From NCBI GenBank assembly GCA_001552015.1, contig CP010514.1, forward strand, positions 210,001 through 242,000: a stretch of 32,000 nucleotides of DNA. Reading direction: 5' to 3'. This document shows positions 1 to 7,720 of the stretch, one piece after another (positions within the stretch are counted from its first letter, which is position 1; every line of letters begins with the position of its first letter). Position numbers and translations under genes: made by a program. This stretch comes from Candidatus Nanopusillus acidilobi (GTDB lineage: Archaea; Nanobdellota; Nanobdellia; Nanobdellales; Nanobdellaceae). Under the pieces are notes generated by a model. That model made no database searches. It worked only from the letters and a program-made list of their open reading frames with translations, and had not been told where the DNA came from.

Positions 1-1358
1 CTACAGTTTTAGCAGGTGAATTATTAAAGAGGGCAGATGAATTATTAGATAAAAATATACATCCAACAGTTATTATAGAAGGATATAATAAGGCATCAAT
101 TATCGCTGAAGAATTGGTAAATAAATTGGCTCAAAAAGTATCAATGGATGATGAGGAGACATTGATTAAGGTTGCAAAGTCTGCATTATCATCAAAATTA
201 GCATCAATATATTCAGATAAGTTAGCAAAAATAATTGTTGATGCTGTTAAAAAAGTAACAGATATTGTAGAATTATCAGATGGAGAAAAGAAAATAATTG
301 TAGATCTAGATTCATTAAAGATTGAAAAGAAAATTGGCGGTGGCGTAGAAGAAACATCATTAATTGATGGAATAGTAATAGATAAAGAAAAAATACATGG
401 AGAAATGCCAAAAGTTGTTTCAAATGCAAAGATAGCATTAATAGGTGATGCTATTGAAATTAAAGAAACAGAAACAGATGCAAGGATAAATATATCTTCT
501 CCAGATCAACTAGAACAGTTCTTGAGTAAAGAAAGAGAAATGCTAAAGAAAATGGTAGAAAAAATAAAAGAAGTAGGAGCAAATGTTGTATTTGCACAAA
601 AAGGAGTTGATGACTTAGCAGCATATTATTTGGCAAAATATGGAATATTGGCAGTAAGAAGAGTTAAGAAGTCGGATATGGAAAAAATAGCAAAAGCAAC
701 TGGTGGAAAAATTGTAAATTCTATTGATGAATTATCAGAAAATGATTTGGGATATGCAGAATTAGTTGAAGAGAAAAAGGTTGCAGATGAAAATATGATA
801 TTTATAACAGGATGTAAGAATCCAAAAGCTGTTACAATATTAATAAGAGCAGGATCTGAGCATGTTGCAGACGAGATTGAAAGATCTATAAATGATGCAA
901 TTAGGGATGTTGCAACAGTAATTAAATATGGAAAAGTAATTGCTGGAGGTGGTGCATTGGAAATGGAATTGGCAGAAGGAATAAGAAAAGAGGCTAAGAA
1001 AGAGTCATCAAAAGTACAAATGGCAATGCTAGCATTTGCAGATGCATTAGAGTCAATACCATCAGCATTGGCAGAAAATGCTGGCATGGATACTATAGAA
1101 GCAATGACACAATTAAGAGCATTACATGAACAAGGTAAAAAATGGGCTGGAGTAGATGCAATTGAAGGTAAAATTGCAGATATGTGGGAGAAAAATGTAA
1201 TTGAGCCAGCAAATATAACTATACAAGCTATAAAGTCTGCAGTAGAAGCTGCCATAATGGTATTGAAAATAGATGATGTTATTGCCGCAATAGGAAAATC
1301 AACAGAAGGAGGAGAATCTTCTGGTAAGTCAGGAGAAGAGGGAGAAGTTGAAGAATAG
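1..1358 (+). CDS. thsA: Thermosome (group II chaperonin) subunit, C-terminal part, truncated by window start
   Basis: The frame is open from base 3 (TVLAGELLKRADELLDKNIHPTVIIEGYNKAS...), upstream of the tracked Met at 114. Contains thermosome motifs GGGALEMELAEGIRKEAK and NAGMDTIEAMTQLRALHE, plus a Gly/Glu-rich tail. Confidence 0.96.
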   Translation, partial: TVLAGELLKRADELLDKNIHPTVIIEGYNKASIIAEELVNKLAQKVSMDDEETLIKVAKSALSSKLASIYSDKLAKIIVDAVKKVTDIVELSDGEKKIIVDLDSLKIEKKIGGGVEETSLIDGIVIDKEKIHGEMPKVVSNAKIALIGDAIEIKETETDARINISSPDQLEQFLSKEREMLKKMVEKIKEVGANVVFAQKGVDDLAAYYLAKYGILAVRRVKKSDMEKIAKATGGKIVNSIDELSENDLGYAELVEEKKVADENMIFITGCKNPKAVTILIRAGSEHVADEIERSINDAIRDVATVIKYGKVIAGGGALEMELAEGIRKEAKKESSKVQMAMLAFADALESIPSALAENAGMDTIEAMTQLRALHEQGKKWAGVDAIEGKIADMWEKNVIEPANITIQAIKSAVEAAIMVLKIDDVIAAIGKSTEGGESSGKSGEEGEVEE

Positions 1359-1369
1359 TTTTTAAAAGA

Positions 1370-1380
1370 TTTATAAATAT
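1370..1380 (+). promoter_or_regulatory. Putative archaeal TATA box (TTTATAAATAT) centred about 25 nt upstream of the ATG at 1400
   Basis: AT-rich TATA-like element at the spacing expected for a leaderless transcript. Confidence 0.5.
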
Positions 1381-1399
1381 CAAAATTTTTTATTTTTTT

Positions 1400-1951
1400 A
1401 TGTCATCCTCGGAGTATGAACTTATGCCAACAGATCCTGTCGAAAAATTGGTTGAAGAAGTAGAAAATTTAAAAAACGATTTAGCTGCATTAAAAAATGA
1501 ATTAAAAGATAATATTGAAGAAATAAAAAGACAGATTTCAATACCTTCTGAAACAAATCCAATAGCTAAAAAAGAAGCTCAAGCCCAATTGTATTATGCT
1601 CAATCAAATATAGATACATCATTTTATAAGGAAATTGTAAATTCATTGATAAAAAGTAATATAGACTTACAGGCAAAGATATCTGAATTAGTAGTTGTTA
1701 CAAATAATTTATATAAAGAAATAAAGAATTTATTTGATATATTTAAAGAAGCTGCTTTATTAAGGCCAAAAGAAAAAGAAGCACCAGAAAATAATATTGA
1801 ATTATTAAAGAGAATAGAAAACTTAGAAAAAGCTAATCTAAAAGTAGCAGAATTATTGGATAATCTTAAGAAACAAATAGAAAGTATAAAAGGTAATCAA
1901 AGTACAAGTTATACAAGTTCAGTGGTACAAAGTTATAATAAAAGAATATAA
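1400..1951 (+). CDS. Predicted coiled-coil protein, possible accessory of the adjacent pilus/archaellum-like cluster
   Basis: 183 aa ORF; heptad-like Leu/Ile/Lys/Glu-rich stretches at both ends (VEKLVEEVENLKNDLAALKNELKDNIEEIK; IELLKRIENLEKANLKVAELLDNLKKQIESIK). Directly precedes pilin-like genes. Confidence 0.6.
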   Translation: MSSSEYELMPTDPVEKLVEEVENLKNDLAALKNELKDNIEEIKRQISIPSETNPIAKKEAQAQLYYAQSNIDTSFYKEIVNSLIKSNIDLQAKISELVVVTNNLYKEIKNLFDIFKEAALLRPKEKEAPENNIELLKRIENLEKANLKVAELLDNLKKQIESIKGNQSTSYTSSVVQSYNKRI

Positions 1952-1982
1952 AATTAATAAATTTTTTTAATATTTTTATAAA

Positions 1983-2825
1983 ATGAAATTACAATCCCAG
2001 CTTATTAGTTATTTGTTGTTGGGGCTTATCGTAGTAGGTTTGTCGGTGGGGATATATGAATGGGGTCTGCCATTAATACAAAAATCTCAGCTTGGATCTA
2101 CAGTAAATAATATTCAGAGTCAATTAACTTCTTTAGCAGAAGCTATATCATCTGTTGCCCAGAGCAGAGGATCTCAGACTATTACATTGAATTTACCAAA
2201 AGGATCTTTAAATATATATAATAATTTAATTCAATATTCATTTCAAGCACCAATAATTTATTATAATCCATCTATTTCTGTAGTTCCAATAAATTACAAT
2301 ATATATATTCCATGTAATGTAAATAATACAATTTCAATACCATCATCTGGTTATAATTCTATTCAATTATGTGGAATTCCAAATCTTATAGTCAAAGTAA
2401 ATTCTTCTAATATAATAATACAAGATGTAAATAATAATACTTTAATATTGCCTTTAGTAAGTACTAATAATGTTATAACTCAATATTTTGATTTTAATAT
2501 AAATGTTCAGAACAATAATGTATCATTTATTCCCCAATATAATACAGGAATATCTGGTTTATCATATTACCCAGAATGCCTACTTTCAGCAGCCCAATTA
2601 AGTGGAATTATACAATATCAGGTAGCATGTAGACCAATGTATAATCCTCAAACTGGACAATGCGAATGGATAATAATAGAACCAGCTGGTCAAACTTCTA
2701 CTATTACAAATGGAAATTCTGTTAATGTTAACTTACAATATAAAGGATTAAATGTAATTAATAATCCAAATTCCACTGTTTGTAATCAGTTAGTTTACTA
2801 TTATGTACAAGCTTCTGTTGTATAA
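1983..2825 (+). CDS. Type IV pilin-like secreted/membrane-anchored protein
   Basis: 280 aa; N-terminus MKLQSQLISYLLLGLIVVGLSVGIYEW resembles an archaeal class III signal/pilin hydrophobic helix. The rest is an Asn/Ser/Tyr-rich extracellular-type domain with six Cys. Confidence 0.6.
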   Translation: MKLQSQLISYLLLGLIVVGLSVGIYEWGLPLIQKSQLGSTVNNIQSQLTSLAEAISSVAQSRGSQTITLNLPKGSLNIYNNLIQYSFQAPIIYYNPSISVVPINYNIYIPCNVNNTISIPSSGYNSIQLCGIPNLIVKVNSSNIIIQDVNNNTLILPLVSTNNVITQYFDFNINVQNNNVSFIPQYNTGISGLSYYPECLLSAAQLSGIIQYQVACRPMYNPQTGQCEWIIIEPAGQTSTITNGNSVNVNLQYKGLNVINNPNSTVCNQLVYYYVQASVV

Positions 2826-3205
2826 TGCCAGTAAATGCAATAGAAATCGTATTAATAACTTTAATATTATTTTTTATCTCCCAGTCAATGATTTTATATT
2901 TCAATCAAATAACAAATCCATCAAATTATAATAAAATAATTTTAAATTATATAAAATCAAACGTTGAGTTTTGTATATATTATTCTTACTTATATAATGC
3001 AAATCTCTATTGTCAGCCTTCACAGAATTATAGATTTTCAATAGATGCGGTTAACAATGTTGTATATTTATCCTATAGTGGAAATTCTTTATCTATAAAT
3101 TTAAATAATAATTCATATTTTCATCCTATCTATGGTGTAGCTTTGAATTCTTTCTTTTTGCAATATAAAAATTATTCTTCAAATTCTATTTTATATCTAA
3201 GTTAA
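2825..3205 (+). CDS. Small membrane-anchored pilin-like (minor pilin) protein
   Basis: 126 aa; single N-terminal hydrophobic helix (AIEIVLITLILFFISQSMILYF) and a Tyr/Asn/Ser-rich domain. One-nt overlap (TAATG) with the preceding gene. Confidence 0.5.
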   Translation: MPVNAIEIVLITLILFFISQSMILYFNQITNPSNYNKIILNYIKSNVEFCIYYSYLYNANLYCQPSQNYRFSIDAVNNVVYLSYSGNSLSINLNNNSYFHPIYGVALNSFFLQYKNYSSNSILYLS

Positions 3206-3213
3206 ATTTATAT
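3204..3213 (+). promoter_or_regulatory. Putative TATA box (AAATTTATAT) about 28 nt upstream of the ATG at 3237
   Basis: TATA-like element at leaderless spacing. Confidence 0.4.
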
Positions 3214-3236
3214 TTTTCCAAGTTTTCATTAAATAT

Positions 3237-5021
3237 ATGAGCAACATTTATGATTTTATTGATAATGTTGTAGATGTAATAAGAAAAAAAATTGAAATAA
3301 AAAGAAAATTAAATGAAAAAAATGAAAAAATAAACATTATAGAAAATCCAAATAATGAATATCAACCAATTTATATACCATTAATTAATAATAAATATGA
3401 AAAAAGAAAAAATAAAAAAGCAGGTAAGAAAGTTTATAATATAAATTTAATTAATATACCTTCACAAAATAAAAAAATTACTGAAAATGATAAACTTAGA
3501 TTTTTTGTAGAATTATATGGAAAGAATGAAAGTATAAGTCAATTTAGGTATCCACTAACTAAGATGAATATTCTTGGTAGAGAATATATATTTGCATATG
3601 CTGATATATCTTGGGATAATGAATATGGTGAACTTATATATCATGTAATAGAACCAAGTATGAATGAAAAAGATAGAAAAATTATAAATGAAATAATTGA
3701 TGATTTAGCTAGAACATCAGAACTTCCCTTAGGAATGGAAAAAAATGAAGAATATATGAGAAATTATATAATAAAGGAATCTTTGAATATAATAAAAGAA
3801 AAAGGATATCCAATAGATAAAAATAAGTTGCCATATATATTATATTATATAATAAGGGATACAATTGGTTATGGAATAATAGATCCATTAATGAGGGATC
3901 CATTAATTGAAGATATATCTTGTACGGGTATAAATTATCCAATATTTATATTCCATAGAAATCCATTAATAGGTGAAATAAAAACAAATTTACAATTTAA
4001 TTCTGATGAAGAATTAGACAATTTTGTAATAAAATTATCTGTAAGAACTGGAAGAATTGTATCCGTTGCAAATCCTTTGTTAGATGCAGCTTTACCTGAT
4101 GGATCAAGAATCCAGATAACTTTTGGAAAAGATATTTCTAGGAGAGGTTCTTCATTTACAATTAGAAAATTTACAGAAGATCCATTCACTCCAATTGATC
4201 TATTATTATATGGAACTGTAGACTTTAATATATTAGCATATTTATGGACATTAATAGAAGAGGGAAGATCATTATTAATATCTGGAGGAACTGCTACAGG
4301 TAAAACATCATTCCTAAATGCAATATCTTTATTTATAAAACCTGAGAAAAAGATAATTTCAATAGAAGATACTGCAGAATTAAAGTTACCACATCCAAAC
4401 TGGATATCTGAAGTTGCAAGACCGGGATATGGTCCAAATAGATATGGTGAAGTTACTATGTTTGATCTATTAAAGGCTGCTTTGAGACAAAGACCAGATT
4501 ATATAATTGTAGGTGAAGTAAGAGGTGAGGAAGCTTATATATTGTTCCAGGCAATGGCAACAGGTCATGCTGGTTTAGGTACTATACATGCAGAAAGTTT
4601 TGAAGCATTAATGGATAGATTATTATCTCCTCCAATTAATTTACCTCCATCTTTATTGGAAGTATTGGATGGAGTTGTGTTTCTTAAAAGATTGAGATAT
4701 CAAGGAAAATATGTAAGAAGAGTAGATAAGATATATGAAATAATTGGATTTAATAAAGAAAAGAAAGATGTTGATAGGATAATTTCGTTTAAATGGGATC
4801 CAAGAGATGATTCTTATATACCAGCTGAAAGTTATATATTAAATAAAATTGCTGAAATTAGAAATTGGAGTAAAAGTGATATAGAAACTAACTTTGAATT
4901 TAAAATAAGGGTATTAGAATATATGTTAAGAAATAACATAAGAAATTATAGAAAGATTGCAGAAATTATGAATATGTATTATAATAATCCCGATAAATTA
5001 ATGAGTTTAATAGGATTTTAG
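3237..5021 (+). CDS. Archaeal type II/IV secretion (GspE/FlaI/TadA-like) ATPase
   Basis: 594 aa; Walker A GGTATGKTS, IISIEDTAELKLPH, RQRPDYIIVGEVRGEEAYILFQAMATGHAGLGTIHAES. Confidence 0.93.
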   Translation: MSNIYDFIDNVVDVIRKKIEIKRKLNEKNEKINIIENPNNEYQPIYIPLINNKYEKRKNKKAGKKVYNINLINIPSQNKKITENDKLRFFVELYGKNESISQFRYPLTKMNILGREYIFAYADISWDNEYGELIYHVIEPSMNEKDRKIINEIIDDLARTSELPLGMEKNEEYMRNYIIKESLNIIKEKGYPIDKNKLPYILYYIIRDTIGYGIIDPLMRDPLIEDISCTGINYPIFIFHRNPLIGEIKTNLQFNSDEELDNFVIKLSVRTGRIVSVANPLLDAALPDGSRIQITFGKDISRRGSSFTIRKFTEDPFTPIDLLLYGTVDFNILAYLWTLIEEGRSLLISGGTATGKTSFLNAISLFIKPEKKIISIEDTAELKLPHPNWISEVARPGYGPNRYGEVTMFDLLKAALRQRPDYIIVGEVRGEEAYILFQAMATGHAGLGTIHAESFEALMDRLLSPPINLPPSLLEVLDGVVFLKRLRYQGKYVRRVDKIYEIIGFNKEKKDVDRIISFKWDPRDDSYIPAESYILNKIAEIRNWSKSDIETNFEFKIRVLEYMLRNNIRNYRKIAEIMNMYYNNPDKLMSLIGF

Positions 5022-5645
5022 TTCAATAATTTCTATAGGTCTTTTATTATAAAATTTTATTATATAAGTTTTATTATAATCTAATTGAATATTTTTTTCT
5101 AAATATAATATATTAAAGTTGTCTGCTAATACTATATAGTTATTATCTTTTTCTTTTAGCAATCTTATATATCTATATGATATATAATTTTGATTTAGAT
5201 TTATGTTTTCATCTATTTTTTCTATTAAGTCTATATTATTTATGAATATTGATAGAACAAAGTCATTTAAAACAACTCCATTTTTTACTTTTATATTATT
5301 ATTTTCTTTTAATATATCTTCTTTTCTTTTCCATCTATAATCTTTAATTATTAACTTAATTAATCCAGTTTCATCTCCAGCTTCTAGAATTATTAAATTA
5401 TCTTTTTTTATTAATATTTTATTTATCTTTAATTTTATTTCTTTTATCTTTAATCCAGGATATAAATTTTTTACTTTTATATTATATAAATCTTCTAATG
5501 TTAATCCCTTCTCTTTTAATATCAATAAAATAGCCGTTTCTTCATCAATTAAATTTTTATATTGTTTTATTTTTTCATTTATTAATTCTTGTAATTTTGT
5601 TTTTGATATACCTAAAATTGATGAAACATAATTCTTATCTATCAT
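5007..5645 (-). CDS. Single OB-fold, RPA-like single-stranded DNA-binding protein
   Basis: 212 aa; N-terminal helical segment typical of archaeal RPA (LIDEETAILLILKEKGLTLEDL), then an OB-like core (NLIILEAGDETGLIKLIIKDY...VKNGVVLNDFVLSI). Confidence 0.7.
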   Translation of the reverse strand: MIDKNYVSSILGISKTKLQELINEKIKQYKNLIDEETAILLILKEKGLTLEDLYNIKVKNLYPGLKIKEIKLKINKILIKKDNLIILEAGDETGLIKLIIKDYRWKRKEDILKENNNIKVKNGVVLNDFVLSIFINNIDLIEKIDENINLNQNYISYRYIRLLKEKDNNYIVLADNFNILYLEKNIQLDYNKTYIIKFYNKRPIEIIELKSY

Positions 5646-5675
5646 AAATAATATTTAGTAATAAAAAATAAATCT

Positions 5676-6065
5676 TTATTGAATCTTGCAACCATATATT
5701 GTACCTGAGGATGTTTGTATTTCATAATTTGAACCAAGTCCACATACAACTTCAGAACCATTATATAAGGTAAATGAATATTGAGAATAAACACTACAAT
5801 TTGAAGTTACGTATTGAGAATTTGCTAACATTTGTAGTTGAGCAGATGAATCTGTGGAAGTTCCTATTTGGTTTGCTATTGTTGCTGCATATTCTGAACA
5901 TTGTGCACTACTTGTTTGATTAGATGAAGGAGCTATCTGACTAGTCTGTCCAGCAAATTTTCCGAGTCCGCCAGTAAATATTAATACAAGAAATACTAAT
6001 ACAACTATTGCAATAATTGCTAAAACTATAGTATTTATAGGTAAACCCTGTGTTCTTTTTACCAT
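5676..6065 (-). CDS. Small pilin-like secreted protein
   Basis: 129 aa; MVKRTQGLPINTIVLAIIAIVVLVFLVLIFTGG N-terminal helix after a charged/Gly segment; Ser/Thr/Gln-rich domain with four Cys. Confidence 0.6.
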   Translation of the reverse strand: MVKRTQGLPINTIVLAIIAIVVLVFLVLIFTGGLGKFAGQTSQIAPSSNQTSSAQCSEYAATIANQIGTSTDSSAQLQMLANSQYVTSNCSVYSQYSFTLYNGSEVVCGLGSNYEIQTSSGTIYGCKIQ

Positions 6066-6081
6066 TTTAAATATAAATTTT

Positions 6082-6095
6082 TTTATAAATATAAA
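6082..6095. promoter_or_regulatory. Shared central TATA-like element (TTTATAAATATAAA) between divergent genes starting at 6065(-) and 6117(+)
   Basis: Lies near the middle of the 51 bp divergent spacer, about 22-29 nt from each start codon. Confidence 0.5.
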
Positions 6096-6116
6096 CTTTT
6101 CGGCTTATTTATATAC

Positions 6117-6581
6117 ATGAAAATTTCTTTTGTACTATTAAGGGTGAATATACATGAATGGGATGATAAAAATAGAATATTAAATGTAATTGATTTATTA
6201 TTAAAGGATATTGATAGAAAGAAAATAGAAATAAATAATTATAAAGATAGAGGGTTAATAAGTAATATAATTGAAGTATATGAAATAAAAATTAACAATA
6301 AAAATAACATAGATATATTTTTTAGAAATCTAATTTCTTTAGGATTAAAATTTGAAGATATAAAAAATAATTGCAACTTTGATGAGAATTATAATATTTA
6401 TATAAGAATTGATAAAGATGAACTAACATTAAATAAAATTATTAAATTACATTATACCGAAGATTCTTTTTTATTAAAAATAAGTTTTGATTATTATAAA
6501 AAGGATAAAGAAATAGTTTTAAATTATTTAAAAGAATACTTAGAAAATATAAATAAAAAATTTTTATACAATAATATTTAA
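6117..6581 (+). CDS. COG1325-like predicted RNA-binding/exosome-associated protein
   Basis: 154 aa; N-terminal strand-helix (ISFVLLRVNIHEWDDKNRILNVIDLLLKD) and YNIYIRIDKDELTLNKIIKLHYTEDSFLLKISFD resemble the archaeal family. One-nt overlap with mre11. Confidence 0.5.
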   Translation: MKISFVLLRVNIHEWDDKNRILNVIDLLLKDIDRKKIEINNYKDRGLISNIIEVYEIKINNKNNIDIFFRNLISLGLKFEDIKNNCNFDENYNIYIRIDKDELTLNKIIKLHYTEDSFLLKISFDYYKKDKEIVLNYLKEYLENINKKFLYNNI

Positions 6582-7720
6582 TGAAATTTGTTCATGTTTC
6601 TGATACCCATTTAGGATGTCAAATTCCAGTAGAATATAGCGAGATTAGAAAATATGATTTTTTAAATTCATTTAAACAAGTTATAGATTTTGCAATTAGA
6701 GAAAAAGTTGACTTTATAATTCATTCTGGAGATTTTTTTGATGATTATTTTAGAATAGATTCAAAATATTTATTGGAAATATTAGATATATTATTTAAAT
6801 TAAAGGATAATAAAATACCATTAATATTTATTAAGGGAAATCACGATACAAAAGGACAAAGGCAAAATGTTTTGGAAATATTAAAAAAATTGGATTTAAT
6901 ATATGAGGCAAATATAAAAGAACCATTTATATATAAAGATATATACATTTATGGAATATCCGAACCTTCAAATTTATCATATGAACAATTGAGAGCATAC
7001 TATAAAAAGAATCTATCAAATTTAAAATTTGAAAATAATGGTTATACAATATTTATGTTTCATGGTGCAATAAATATATTTCCAGAAAATATATTGGAAG
7101 GCTATGGAAAAGAACCAAGGATTCTATCTCCAGAAGATTTTCCTAAAGCAGATTATTATGCATTTGGACATTTTCATAAAAAACATTTAGAAAAACACGA
7201 TAATAGAGTATTTGCTTTACCAGGTTCTACTGAAAGGACTGAAATATCAAAAGATGAAGAAAATATAAAGAAAGGATTTTTTTATGTAAGAGATGAGGAT
7301 ATAGAATTTAAAGAATTAAATGTTAGGCCAATATATATTTATGAAGATATAATAAACAATGATGATGGATTAAATAAATTAAAAAATGATATTTATAGTA
7401 AATCTAAGGAAACAATCATAAAAATTAAAGTTAGATATAAAAAGGATTATTATATTAATATAAAAAATCTATTGGAAAATTTAATGGAATCTGGTTATTT
7501 AATCTTAGATGATTCTTATTCTTTAGATGAAGAAATAAAATTAAATAATGAGGTAATTACAATAGATAATATAATGGATAGTTCTTTTTTTGTAAATAAT
7601 AAGCAAGAAATAATAAAAATGCTTAATTATATAAAAGAATTATTTGAGGAAATGTATTCTGGTAAGAATTCTGATTTGGATAGAATAAGAGAAGCTTTAT
7701 TTAAACAATTAATAAAATGA
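6581..7720 (+). CDS. mre11: DNA double-strand break repair nuclease Mre11
   Basis: 379 aa; phosphoesterase motifs FVHVSDTHLGCQIP, IIHSGDFFDDY, FIKGNHDTKG, FMFHGAI, YYAFGHFHKKH. Confidence 0.95.
   Translation: MKFVHVSDTHLGCQIPVEYSEIRKYDFLNSFKQVIDFAIREKVDFIIHSGDFFDDYFRIDSKYLLEILDILFKLKDNKIPLIFIKGNHDTKGQRQNVLEILKKLDLIYEANIKEPFIYKDIYIYGISEPSNLSYEQLRAYYKKNLSNLKFENNGYTIFMFHGAINIFPENILEGYGKEPRILSPEDFPKADYYAFGHFHKKHLEKHDNRVFALPGSTERTEISKDEENIKKGFFYVRDEDIEFKELNVRPIYIYEDIINNDDGLNKLKNDIYSKSKETIIKIKVRYKKDYYINIKNLLENLMESGYLILDDSYSLDEEIKLNNEVITIDNIMDSSFFVNNKQEIIKMLNYIKELFEEMYSGKNSDLDRIREALFKQLIK

Noticed and set aside
247-438. 63 aa minus-strand ORF in the thermosome gene
   Set aside because: Leu/Phe-rich antisense artefact of an AT-rich coding gene.
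626-1255. 209 aa minus-strand ORF opposite the thermosome gene
   Set aside because: It mirrors the strong codon pattern of the thermosome frame. The translation is low-complexity Ser/Ala/Ile-rich with no recognisable domain, and the sense strand is unmistakably coding.
3709-4189. 77 aa and 84 aa minus-strand ORFs inside the secretion ATPase gene
   Set aside because: Entirely antisense to a confidently assigned ATPase; no domain features.
5730-5750. GGTTCAAAT on the minus strand, resembling a tRNA T-loop and possible split-tRNA half
   Set aside because: It falls in the pilin-like coding frame (VVCGLGSNYEI) and has no flanking complementary T-stem, acceptor stem or D/anticodon arm.
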